A DNA stretch of 64,000 nt from an uncultured virus (IMG/VR IMGVR_UViG_3300030101_003309) (lineage: Duplodnaviria > Heunggongvirae > Uroviricota > Caudoviricetes). Each line of letters begins with the position of its first letter. Position 1 is the stretch's first letter. Below the pieces are notes generated by a model. The model saw nothing but the letters and a program-made list of their open reading frames with translations, did not search any database and was not told the DNA's origin. This document shows, piece after piece, positions 28,566 to 41,300 of this stretch. A program made the translations under genes and the position numbers. The stretch lies in IMG/VR virus record IMGVR_UViG_3300030101_003309, positions 1 to 64,000 of that record, one strand, 5' to 3'.

Positions 28566-30292
28566 TGGCAAAACCAGGAAAAAATAAAATATCACAACAA
28601 GAAATCTATAATTATCTAATGACTAGACCAGGCATGGATGATATAAAGGCTCGTGGTATATTAGCAAACATTCAAGCAGAATCACTTTTTTATGCAGATG
28701 CAGTAGAGATTGGTGATATGAAAAACAAAGGAATAGGTTTGTTTCAACATACATTTCCTGCTAGAAAAGAAGCTTTTTTAAAAGCTGTGCCAGATTGGAA
28801 AACTAATTGGAAAGGTCAAATAGATTTTGCACTACAAGAAGCAGAGGCACAAAATTACAAAAATACAAATTACCCAACCGTAGCAGATTCTACACGAGCG
28901 TTTATGTTAGAGTTTGAAAAGCCTTTTGATCAATCAGAACAAGCTATAGAAAGTAGGGTAGATATAGCAAATGATATAAAAATAGAACCTGAAAAAGATA
29001 AAGATGTGTTGGTAGACGCTGGACAATTACCAGAGGTTACGATCAATGAGCAAGAACTAATAGGAGATGGTGGCACATTACCAGAAGTAACTATAGAAGA
29101 AGAAGGAAAAACTTTTGATGCGGGTACTTTACCAGAAATAAAAATTGAATCTAAGTTAGATATTGATACAATTAGAAGTTTACCCCCACAAGCTTTACAG
29201 GTAGACAGCACAGGTACCTTGAGAGGTTCAATACCTACTGTTGCTCAAACAGAAGAGAATAAAAGCGCGGCAAAAACGGAAGTTGTAGAGACACAATATA
29301 TACAGGTTATGGGTCCTAATGGTGAATTAGTAACAATACCTGTCGGCAAAAATGTAACAAAAGAAGATATTCAAAAATCTTTAGAATCACAGCAAGAAGG
29401 TATAGGAAAAAGACAAGAAGTAACACAACAGTTAGAAGCTCGTGATCAAATGATTGATAAAGATAATGATGGTATACCTGACCTCATAGATGCAGATGGA
29501 GGCACTGGACAATCAACAGCAGAACAAGAAAATCAAGAAGCAGTAGTAGAACCTCAAGCGGAAGTAGAACCTGAAATAATACAAACGCCGCAAGATGATG
29601 CGGTACAAACTGTAACTACAGATAAAAAAGGACCAAACGTAATGGGTGTAGCAAATGCATTATTACGTGGAACAGGAGCGATTTTAGACGGTTTGGGAGG
29701 TCCAGGAGCACTCATATCATATGTAATGGGTAAAAAAGGATTAGATGCGGCTATGAAAGAAGTTGAACCGCAATCAAAACCTGAACTATCACCTATGTTT
29801 ATGCAGCACTTGAGACAAACAAGAGAGCTTGCAAAAAGAGGTTTTCATCCAGATCAAGAAAGAGAATTTAGAAATGAATTAGACAAAACCTATCAAATGG
29901 GTTTGGAAAATGCAGTTAGAGGATCGGGAGGACAAAGAGCGAGATTCTTAGCGCAAAGCGGAGTATTAGATGCCCAAAGATCAGCAGCTCTTTTAGATTA
30001 TGCGGCCAAAGATGCAGAGCTACAATCAGCCAATCAAGATAAATATGAAAAAATGATGTTGTTCAAAGAAAATTTTGACATCCAAAGAAGTGAAGAACAA
30101 CGAAGTGAAGATTTAGCAAGACAAGAAAGGGATAAACAGGCTGCAGCAAAGTTTGTAGGTTCTGCCTTTTCTAGCATAATGAACTCATATGCCAATATGA
30201 ATTCAGGTGCTGTTATAAATAAATTAGGTAGAGGAACGTTAGATCTTGTAAATCGTCTTACGACTACAGGATTAAATCAAAACAATAATTAA
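28565..30292 (+). CDS. cargo/ejection protein with N-terminal phage tail lysozyme domain
   Basis: GILANIQAES...GIGLFQHT...QIDFALQE...FEKP (Phage_lysozyme2 pattern). Confidence 0.7.
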   Translation: MAKPGKNKISQQEIYNYLMTRPGMDDIKARGILANIQAESLFYADAVEIGDMKNKGIGLFQHTFPARKEAFLKAVPDWKTNWKGQIDFALQEAEAQNYKNTNYPTVADSTRAFMLEFEKPFDQSEQAIESRVDIANDIKIEPEKDKDVLVDAGQLPEVTINEQELIGDGGTLPEVTIEEEGKTFDAGTLPEIKIESKLDIDTIRSLPPQALQVDSTGTLRGSIPTVAQTEENKSAAKTEVVETQYIQVMGPNGELVTIPVGKNVTKEDIQKSLESQQEGIGKRQEVTQQLEARDQMIDKDNDGIPDLIDADGGTGQSTAEQENQEAVVEPQAEVEPEIIQTPQDDAVQTVTTDKKGPNVMGVANALLRGTGAILDGLGGPGALISYVMGKKGLDAAMKEVEPQSKPELSPMFMQHLRQTRELAKRGFHPDQEREFRNELDKTYQMGLENAVRGSGGQRARFLAQSGVLDAQRSAALLDYAAKDAELQSANQDKYEKMMLFKENFDIQRSEEQRSEDLARQERDKQAAAKFVGSAFSSIMNSYANMNSGAVINKLGRGTLDLVNRLTTTGLNQNNN

Positions 30293-30293
30293 T

Positions 30294-32357
30294 ATGGATT
30301 ACGCATTATTTGAAGCGCTATCAGGACCGTTAGCTAATGCTGGCCTAATACAGCAACAAAGAGAGCAACAGCAGTTGCAACAGTTACAAATACAAGAAAG
30401 ACAAAGACAGTTAGAATTACAGCAATTAGACAAACAAAAAAGAATACAAGCAGATTTAAATAAATTTGCTAATGCTGCACAAAAAGATTTGTATACAAAA
30501 ACAAATTTTTCTAGACAAAAAGACTTAGATGATTTTAGAGATTGGCATAACGAATTGTCAGGCTGGAGCGATATACAAAGCGTTCTAAGAGAACAAGGGT
30601 CAATAGATAATGCTAGACTATATGGAAATTTAGATTATTTACTTGAAGAATACAGAACAAGAGTGCAAAACAATCCTATCTCTAGAAGAGTCAACAAAAA
30701 CAAAGCTGCATTAGAACTGTATCATTCATATGCACTAGATAAAGAAGGAAATGCAAAGTTCTTAACACAAGGATCAAAACAAAGGTATAATAACTTTATA
30801 AAGGGCAATACAGATAATTTTGTTTTTTATGGAGGTAGAGGGGATTATTTAGGAGAATCTATAAAAGGTAATTTGGTTACAGACCAAATAGATCTTGACG
30901 ATGTTTTAAATAGAAATGAGAGTGCCATAAGAATTGATATGATAAATGATGGTAATCTAAATCCTAATACTACATTTTCGCGTGATGAAATGAAAAATTA
31001 CTTGAAAAGAGAATTGCAAGCTAATGAGTTTAACGGTATAACTTATTTCCAAGGTAAACCATATTACGGAGAACAAGAAGTAGAATTAGACGCAGCTGGA
31101 GAAATAAACAATATGTTAGAAGGAGTGCAAGCAATGAAAGGTAGCGATTATTTTCAAACATATAATTTAGATGAAGGGCGTACTTTCGCTCAAGACTTTG
31201 TTGCAAGTGGTAGTGATCAACAATTTGGAAAATTTGGCGGAACAACAGACGAAACTATGTTTGATTACTCTGATGATAACTATGGATTCCTTACTAAAGG
31301 AACACAAACAGTAGGATCAACTAGAGTATTTACAGATCCAGATATGGAAACAAAATTAGCTAGAGCACATTTTGGAAAGTCAGGTGATAAATACCTATAC
31401 AATGAACAAGATAGAACATTAGGTAAAGTTTCTATGAGAGGTTTATTTACTGAAAAAGGTAGCATAATTAATAGTCAAGATATAGATAAATTTTTTGGTG
31501 ATGCAGGGAAAAGTGGTATTCCATTTGAAGAAGATTTTATAGGGGAAAACGAATTTATGAAAGGATTACAATTAGAAGGATATTTTGTAGGATTTAGAGG
31601 AAAGTCAGCTGACGGAGAAGATATTCTATTAACAGACGTAACTAATGAAGATGATAGAAAAAAGTTAATGAATGCTTACAAAGATGTAGATTTTGAACCA
31701 GTATTAGTTGCTGAATTAAGAGATGAAGATTATCTTCTATTAGGTGGTGCTGATGATCGTTATTACAGTGTCGTTGATATGGGTAATTATGGTGTGAGGG
31801 AAAGATTGCAGCAAGAAATGCCTTTGGATGATACGAGTGACGCATTAAATAAAGCTGCTACTTATGAAAAAAGGAAAGCAGAGAACGATTATTTTGCTCA
31901 AAAGAAAGTAGCAAACCAAATAAAGCTACAACAAATGTTAAAGCAGCCAGATGAAAAAAACACACAACAATTAGTAAACGGATACGATCAACAACTCACT
32001 GTGACTCTTGGTATGTCAGGTGTTGCTTCAGGGCAAATTCAACAAGCAGTTCCTTTGTTAATTGCAGATTTATATGTAGATTCGCAATTAAATAGAACTT
32101 ATCCTTTTGATTTTACACCTAACGAAAGTGATCCAAGAAAAAAGAAAATAGCAAATTCACCAGGTGAATATATGGCTTACGCTACAATGCAACTAAAGGA
32201 AGGTTTAATGTCAGGTAATCCAGCATATCAAGCTATGTTAGAGGCAATAAGAACAGGTAATTATAATCAGTTTAGCAGAACATTATATGACGGAAAATCT
32301 TTCAAAAAAAGAAGAATGTTATCAAAACAAATAAACTTATATCAAAGAGGTAGATAA
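30294..32357 (+). CDS. putative cargo/ejection protein
   Basis: Gln-rich coiled-coil N-terminus; lies between cargo genes and RNAP. Confidence 0.55.
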   Translation: MDYALFEALSGPLANAGLIQQQREQQQLQQLQIQERQRQLELQQLDKQKRIQADLNKFANAAQKDLYTKTNFSRQKDLDDFRDWHNELSGWSDIQSVLREQGSIDNARLYGNLDYLLEEYRTRVQNNPISRRVNKNKAALELYHSYALDKEGNAKFLTQGSKQRYNNFIKGNTDNFVFYGGRGDYLGESIKGNLVTDQIDLDDVLNRNESAIRIDMINDGNLNPNTTFSRDEMKNYLKRELQANEFNGITYFQGKPYYGEQEVELDAAGEINNMLEGVQAMKGSDYFQTYNLDEGRTFAQDFVASGSDQQFGKFGGTTDETMFDYSDDNYGFLTKGTQTVGSTRVFTDPDMETKLARAHFGKSGDKYLYNEQDRTLGKVSMRGLFTEKGSIINSQDIDKFFGDAGKSGIPFEEDFIGENEFMKGLQLEGYFVGFRGKSADGEDILLTDVTNEDDRKKLMNAYKDVDFEPVLVAELRDEDYLLLGGADDRYYSVVDMGNYGVRERLQQEMPLDDTSDALNKAATYEKRKAENDYFAQKKVANQIKLQQMLKQPDEKNTQQLVNGYDQQLTVTLGMSGVASGQIQQAVPLLIADLYVDSQLNRTYPFDFTPNESDPRKKKIANSPGEYMAYATMQLKEGLMSGNPAYQAMLEAIRTGNYNQFSRTLYDGKSFKKRRMLSKQINLYQRGR

Positions 32358-35300
32358 TGGCAGAAAATAACGACTATACTTTAGGGTTAGATAACATATT
32401 ATCGCAAGCAGCATCTCAACCACAAGCACAGCCGCAATCACCAGCAGACGATTTACAAAGTCTGTATGATAACAATATGGTAGAACAACCTGAAACGGAA
32501 CAAAGCCCGTTGGGAATATCTGGTATAATAGAAAGTACCATACCTTCATATTCGGCATCTGATATGCAAAAATACACTGAACTTGTTGAATCAGTATCAG
32601 CACAAGATCAAATTGATCAGACATTTGCACCCTTTAATAGATTTGACGAAGCACCAAATCAACAAATAATACAAGATCCAGATTCCATGATAGCAGGTAC
32701 ACCTGAAAGAATAAGAAGAGGTTTATCAGCAGGATGGGGAGATTTAGTATATGGAACAGGAGATACCTACGATTATGTCAATGCTTATCTTTTTAATGAG
32801 GCAAAACCAACAACATCAGTTGGTGATTATTTAAGAAAAGTAGGATCTACATACCAAAATGACAATGTTTTGGTTTTATCAGAGGATCTTAAAGATATGC
32901 AATTTGATGATTTAATTAAAGGTGAGTTTTGGACATCAAAAGCTTCAAGACTATTACCATATGCACTAAGTTTCTTTATACCTTACGTAGGTGGAGCTAG
33001 ATTGGCAAATTTAGCACTTAAAGGTGCTGCATATGGCAGAAGAGGTCAGAAGTTTGCAAGAGGACTGTCATCTACGGGAATATTAGGATCAATGGACAAA
33101 GGTGTTAAAGTTGCAAAAGCGGGAGAAAAAGGATTAAAAGGATCAGGATTATTAAGACACATTTCTAAAGATTTAGGAAAAAAAGGTGTAGTACCTACAG
33201 CATTGACTAGAAACGTGACAGGTTTTATAGGTGGTGGTGCTGCAGCTAACTTAATGGAAGGTGCGTATTTAGCAGGAGAAGCTTATCAAGAAATGATAAA
33301 TGACATAGATCCAGAAACAGGACAACCTGCGTTCACACCACAAGAGGCGGCAGAAGCGGCAGCAGGTGTAGTCAGGGATAATGCTAAATACATGTATGTT
33401 GACATGTTACAGTACGGAATTTTATTTGGAGGAGCTGGAAAAGGTATAATGGGCAGGATACTTAGAAACCCAATAACTAAATCAACTATAGGCCAAAACA
33501 CCAGAGGTCAAATAGCAAATTTAGTTAGAAGAGCTGCAGGAGCAGCGCCAGCAGTAGGAGCATACGGAACTATAGAAGGTGTTTCCGAAGGTTTTCAAGA
33601 AGTATATCAAGAGTGGGCAAAATATAAAAATATGCAAGAAGCAAAAGGATTAGATTATGATCCAATGACCACTTGGTTAAAAGACGCTCCTTTTGGAAAA
33701 AACAATCCAGAGTTAAGAGATATATTTTGGTCATCAGTAGGTCTGGGTGGTGCAATGGGTGGATTCAGAGGGTATTTTGATTCTGCTGCAGAACGAAAAG
33801 CATTAACAGACAAAAAAATTGATCAATACAATAATGCCATAGATATTATAAGAGAAGCATCTGCCGATCAAACTGCTGATCAAAAACTAGCAATGGAAAG
33901 AGCTGTTGATAATTTATTAGCTTCTAATATATGGAACTATTCAGGTGATGGATCAGTTGCTATGTCAATAGTAGAAAATTTGGTGGCAGACAAAAAGATT
34001 ACAGAAGAACAAGGAAATGCTTATAAAATAAAAATAGAACAAGCCGAAGCAAATTATGCAAAGCATCACGTCAATTCTACTTTAACAGAAGCGGGTGCTG
34101 AAACAGCTTTCTATCAGGAAATGAAAAAAACTAGACAGGAAGGTGCAATAGCGCAAGAAATAGAAAGTCATGAAGAGAGAAAAGCTAAGGCTAGAGAGAT
34201 GATAAAAAACAAGAATAAGCTAGATAAAAAATTAGCTATGCTTGAGGATGAGCATAATCAAACAATGCAACGTTTAGAAGCAGAACTAGCAACAACAAAT
34301 CAAGCAATAGAAGATATATATACAGCAGAAGTGGACAAAGCGCCAACAGCCAAGACCACAGGACAAAGAGATAAAAGATTTAAGAAAAAAGGTTTATCAA
34401 AAGATGAGTTTGAAACCTTTACGCAAAAAGGACAAGAACAAAAAACAGAAAGACAAGAGCAAGAGCAAAAAGAGAAAGAAGAAGCTGAAAAGGCCGAGCC
34501 TAAAAAAACGCTAAGAGAAACTTTGACAGAGGTTGGAACCAAAGCATTACAGACAGCTAAGGATGTAGGTGCAGCTGCTGTAAAAGGCGTAAAGGGAGTA
34601 GTTGACAGAGTAACAAAGCCTGCGTCAGAAAGAGAAGCTACTGCTGCAAAGCAAGAAGTAGAGGAAACTGTAGAAAAAATTAACAATCTTACTAACAAAG
34701 AAATAACATCCTCAGCTAAAAAAAAATTAATTGAAGCTTTAGAAAATGGAGATATATCAGTAGAAGCAGCAGAACAAATAAAAGGAAGCGGTAGGGGCGG
34801 TACAATAAACAATAGAGATGTGTCAAGCGCGATTAGGAAAGACGCAAGAAAACAAGAAAAAACTACTGAAGAGTCTCAAGAAGACGTAAAAAAAAAAGAC
34901 CAACCGAAGGTAGCGCCCAAAACTGAACAGTATGAAAGGACAGAAGAAGCTCTAAAAGGCAAAGGAATAAAGCCTTTCGTGGCATCTATATCTAAATTAG
35001 TAGATAAAAAAGCTGGTGCATTTAGTTATATGATTAAGGCAGCTGCTGGCAATACAATAAAGTTTTTTGCAAAGAGAGATGTAGATATACTTAAATACAC
35101 AAGAGAAGCACAAAACATAACGTTACGTTTGGTAAATCCAGTAGCAGGTGAATCCAATGTAGTAGAGGTAGATGGTAAACTGTATTTTCAATTTAAAAAT
35201 AATGGACTATTATATGAAAATAAAATAGAAGTAGTAGCTGATGGTACTGTTATTGGAGAGTTAGAGCAAACAGCCCAAGAGTTTTATGAAGAAGGTAAAA

Positions 35301-38300
35301 CCAGAACAAAAGCAAAGAAAAAAGATCAACGTAAAATAGATCAATTAGTCAAAGGTGTAAAAGAAGCTAAAGAAAAAATAATAAAATTTTTTACAAGAAG
35401 TCAAAAAGAATTACCAGATTTTACTCCTACAGTTTTAGATATTAGACCTGCATTCAGATACGGATCAGGAGTCATAGCAGATTCTATAGTTAAAGATGTA
35501 GTGAACAAAAAATTTCCAGGAGCAAAAGGTGTTCTTGCTTATAATAAACTAATGGATGATTATGGACAAGAAGCGTCATCATTAGCTATTGGTTCAACTG
35601 TTTTTATAAATATAGATTCGGTAGGACAAACAGATATAATACACGAAGCAGGACATATATATTATGGGTTGATGGAAGACACTCCGTTGATGAAAAGAAT
35701 TAAAAAACTTCTACCTAAATCTGGATTATATACAAAAACAAAACAAGATTATCCTGAGCTATTACTTATGAAGTTTAAAGGTAGAACTGCTACATTAGGT
35801 GAGATTTACCGAAACATAGTCAATAACACAGACAGTATGTCTGAGAATGATTTAATAAGCATATCTAATAGTATAAGCCAAGCAATAAAAGAAGGTGACA
35901 ATACAAGAATAAATGAATTGTTTATAAATCTTAGAACGCAGTTGAAAGCAAATGGCGCAACAGAATTAAGAAACAGTCAGCAAAAACATATATTAGAAGA
36001 AACATTTGTAAGAACATTAGAGCTGTATTCAAAGGGAACAGTAGACGCTGTGATAGAAGGTTCAGCTGCACAAAAAAGATTAGAAGAAGATCTTATAAAA
36101 TTCTACAAAGAAGTCAAGAATTTGACTAATGATGAAGACGCTAGACAAATATTAAATTTAACTGTAAAAGATATAGCTTCTTTAGATTTAGAAAATGCAA
36201 CAAAAGCTGTTCTTCTTAACTTTGGATCTGATAACAGAACATTACCTAGAATGCGTAATTCTGCATACGGACCAATAAATAAAGCAATAAAAAAACCTTT
36301 TGAAAAAAACACATCTTACTCTGCAGTGTCTTTTTATATATCTGAATATATAGGTGCTAACAGAAGCGTACAAGAAATCACAGACAATGTAATGCAAGCC
36401 ATTGCCGATGACTCCAATTTATCTATCAAAGATGAAAATGTGCAAAGAACAAGAAACTACATTGAATCAATAATTGCACAAATACAAAGACCTAAGCAGC
36501 TACAGCAAGCTGATAAAATATTAGATAAAGAGCTATCTAGGATAGGTATAGATTTGAAATCAAAAGAAGACATTACAGGTCAATCTGAAGAAACAAATGA
36601 TATCAACAGTAGAGAAGAAAAAGACATAGCTTTACCAAAAACTACTACAAACTTTGTTAAGAAACTTGTAGAGGTACATAACAATAGCGTAGAGGAAGGG
36701 GGTAGAATAGATGCAAAACAAGTGTTAGCAGCTCTTATGTCTGCAGCTAAAGCAACAAGAGAGAATCCGATGGACTTTGCATATGAGGTAAGAAGATCAC
36801 CAAACGAAGCATTGACAGCGATAGTTAATGTAATGGACAGGATTTATGGTAATGATCAAGTTTTAACGAATGCAAAGTTATTACAAATTAAAGGTCCAGT
36901 AGAAGGTATAACAATAGAAACATTAGCTCACAATGTATTAACTATACAAAATGAAAATGATAGATATTGGACCAGGTATATAAGCACAAGCGCAACTGTA
37001 GAAAAGAGTGTTGTTGACGGTGTAGTAAAATCAATAAAAGGCAATGAAGATGTTATTAAAGAAGTTGTAAGAGTGTACAACACTTTGTTTCAAGACAAAA
37101 ATCCTGGTAGTAGTAGAGACAGGTATGATGCCGCTAAAGCTATCTTTCAAACTATATTGTCTGCTGATAATAAAGGTGTTTTAATTGACATAGACTCTAT
37201 GCTTAGTCAAACTATGATATACAAAGGCAAAAGACAATCAGTGTCAGATATATTATTTGATAATACAATAAACAAGTTTGGTAATCCAGATTTAAAAAAC
37301 AAATTTATAGTTAGACATATTAGTAAGAAAAAAGGTTTTGCTGATGAAATAAACAACAGAAAAGTTTTAGGAACCTTTCATGGTAATCAATCTGATATAA
37401 GAACAATATTAACGCATGGGGTCATAGCATCTAGAGCGACTAATTATTTATCTATGGTAGATAATGTAGATATGGATGGTGTTAGTATATTTAACAAGGA
37501 GAATGGTTTAAGAAACAGAGCTGACAATGTAGAAAGAATATTTAACGAAGATATACAGTTGGACAAAAACGATATAATGCATCATGATAACAACATATAT
37601 AGTTTGATGGCATTACGTAATAAAAACAAAGATGGTAAAAAAACTTTTCACTTTACCATACATTCTGGTTTAATGCGTAGATTTATCAATCAAGCAAAAG
37701 GTTTAAAAAACAAAGACAACAGAACAAAAAAGTTTACAGATATAAATCCTGATGAATTAATTGCAGCAGACTTCTTTATGTTTCTAAATAAATATAATGA
37801 TGGTATAAAGAATAATGAAAAAGTTATACGGTACGATCAGCCTATTGCAGTATTTTCTGACAAAAGCAGAAGGTATTATGTAGAAAGTATAGCTGCTCAT
37901 AATCCTGCAATGAGAAAACTATTGTTGTCAAAAATAGAAAACAATCCTGCATATAAAGCAAAATATAAAAATGGAGATCGTGTATTTCCATATGACATTG
38001 TTAATGGCAAAATAAAACAAATGCCTGAGTTGCTAAAAAAATGGAGAGACTACGCGAACAAAAACAAAGAGTTATTTAAGAATAATAACGCTCTTAAAAA
38101 AGGTGTGTTTGAAGAAGGTGCGGTAGAGGCATTTTTAACTTCTTATATTGCTAATAAGTTTATGGCGCAGCAACTGTTTGTTCATGATCATAGACAATCT
38201 AAAAATCAAGTAGACTATATAAAACGTGCTGCAGGAGCTATAGCTAGTCACACTGTGTTTGATAGAAATACTACAGTAGAGTTTGTAGTTACAAAAGATT

Positions 38301-41300
38301 ATTACGAAACAAAAGATGGTGACATACTAACAGAAGATCAAGCAAAAAAACAATTTGGAGATAATTGGAAAGACAATGTAGCGATTGAAAATGACGCTAT
38401 GGGTTACGTATTACCAGAAGAAGCAAAGATGATAAGAGCAAGATACGGTGAATCGCAGAATGTAGGTAATGTGTTTAAGTTTGTATATCATTACACACAG
38501 TTAGAAGGCCCGCAAAAGGGCAGGACTACATACATGAAGTTTGCGGTGCATACACTAACACCAGAGCTAGAAGCAAAAAGTGAGTATTTAAAAAACATAG
38601 GTGATGTATTAAGAGCTAGAACACAAGAGGTAAGAGCAATAGGAGCTAACGGAGGTTTGGTTATTGCAGCATCAGAATCTGCAGCAAAACTATACTCAGG
38701 AGGCAACAGGGTAATACACGATATTAGTGAAGGATATGACATGGCTAACATAATGTCCATACAAGACGAAATATATTCTGACGAAAGTGGATATGTAGGT
38801 TTATCAGGTGAAGGTTTTGGTATACAGTTAGAGTTAGACAAACAAACGGACGAAAGATTCTTTCCTTCGCAATTGTTCTACAACTTGGCAACAAACATAG
38901 CGCCCGAAGAACAAACTACATTAAATACTATGCTTTCACTCAGACAAAGGGTTATGGAAGAAAACAATGCTAGTAGAAATGCAAGCTTAATAATGAACGA
39001 CAAAGGTACTGAATCAGATGTAATAAAGGAAAGAGATTCATTCAAGTCTTCTGTGTCTGCTGATATATTTGATGTTCTTGTAGATAATACATATGAAAAT
39101 CTTGATCCAAGATACCCGTATCTAAACGCTGTACACAATTCAATTGCTACAGGGCGTATAACGCATAAAGGTACAAAAATGTATACAAAAGGATCTATAG
39201 GCTATCAATCTGCTAATCTAGGTATGGGTCTAAAATTTTACGAAAAAGGTTTGTTTGCAGAAGACCCATCTATTGTAGCGTCAGAAGCAATAGTTCCTGG
39301 CTACTTACAAGATCAGGGAGTTAAGATTGGTGATTTGTTTATTGGAACAAGGGTGCCTGCACACGGTAAGGTAAGTAGCGCAGTGTTTGTAGTAAAAGAC
39401 TTTCATAAAAAAATAGGCGATACACCCACATCAAATATTACTATACCTTCTTGGGTTAGTAAGTACTGGGGTGCTGACTTAGATGGCGATAGCATACATA
39501 TGAATTTTAAATACACACTTGAAGAGGTTAGTGATAAGTCTTGGAGAAAGCTGTCTAATGATTTCTTTGATGCATATGTAAAACTCATTAGTAGATCGGA
39601 GAAAGAGGGCGAGATACAAGCTGACATAGATTTTGAGAAAGATGCAGAAGCTGCAATAGCAAAAGTATTTAAAGGCAAAAAACAAGATTCACAATTAGAA
39701 CCAACAGGTGATGGGCAAATGTTTGCAGACAATGTGCCTGCTAAAAATTTAGTTGGTATGATTGCTTCATTAATGAGATCATTCAATGTATTTTCTAATA
39801 GTCGGGATTCTTTACCTTTTAAAATAACAATAAAAGGAGAAAAAGGTCCAATAACACATGATAAGTTTTACGATGACGCAACAGCAGAAAACGGTGTCGG
39901 TAACTGGTATGGTGTTGCACAACTATTAAATATAGCATTAGATAATGCGAAACATCAATATGCTAGTAAACTTGGTATGGACATGCAAAGTGTATTTTCA
40001 TATGTAATGCTACGTAGACTTGGTTACTCTTTAAATGATTTAGCTGTACTATATAATTCTGATATAGTTAAAAGCTACATGGACTTTAAAAGAAACAGCA
40101 GTTCTGATTACGTTTCAAGAGATAGCGACATTAAAGATATGTTTATAGAAAAAGATAGTATAAACGAAAATCAATTATTAAAGTTTGCAAAGCAAGAAAA
40201 ACTAGGCACTATTGATATAAAAAAGTTTGTCAAAGATGGGGAAGTGTCACTAGATCTAAACAAACTAAACACATTAAAAGAAAAGCAAAAAGCAGTTTTG
40301 ATGTTATATGCATTAGATAGATATAAAAAGTTTGCAGTAGATCCAATATCAAAAGCTTTCACGGTACATCAAACTATTGAAAAGAATCCACTTGAATTAA
40401 AGAAAATAAGAGACGGTATACAACAGGCGCAAGGTGTGGTCAACATACCAATGATAGGTAAGACAGGATTTACATATACGTTTACTGATCAAACTAAAAA
40501 CAATTTTATAATTGATCATGCTACAAAATTATTTGATTCGGTGTTACAAAGAGCTGAAAGAACAGACGTAAGATACTCACCGTATATGCAAAGAATACTT
40601 ACTATACCTGCATCTTTAGATAGACTGAATGACATAGGTGAACTAAAAGCAGAAGTTGTAAATCAGGTTATAGTAAATAACATAAAAGAACAATTTACAT
40701 TCTTGAATGATGTCAAGTCAGAGACAGTTTTAGTACAACAGTTTCAAGCATTAAAAGACAGTAATCCTGATAACGCTTTCTTGAGAGATGTTATAGAGGT
40801 AGGAGAACGTAAAGGTCAGAAGTATATTGTAATGAATAGAGCAAAGATTACAGAGTTTACATCTTACAAAGCTATAGAGCAATACAAACAAGCTTTTGGT
40901 CAGTTGTTAGAAGCTGAACAAAATTTAATATTTGAAATAGAGTATGCGTTCAATAGGTTTGGATTATCAGGTGGTGCTGGTAAAGCTTCTTCGTTTGTAC
41001 CATTCTTTAGTGATGCGTATGTAGAAAAAATAAACACTGCAATGTCTAATTTAACACAGGACAATCAAAATAAACAACCTGACTTTACAAAAGGCCCTGT
41101 ACCACAAGAACTAGAAAACGCTATAGCAGATGTAAATAGAAGGCAGTCAGGTGTGCAAAACATGACACCAGCAGAGAAAACAAAAATGCATGCAAGAGAA
41201 AACAACAACATAGTTTTACCAAAAGCAAAAAAAGTAATACCAGCAGATCAATCATACAATGGTGATTACTTGGGTGGTGATGTAGAGGTGTTATCTTTTG

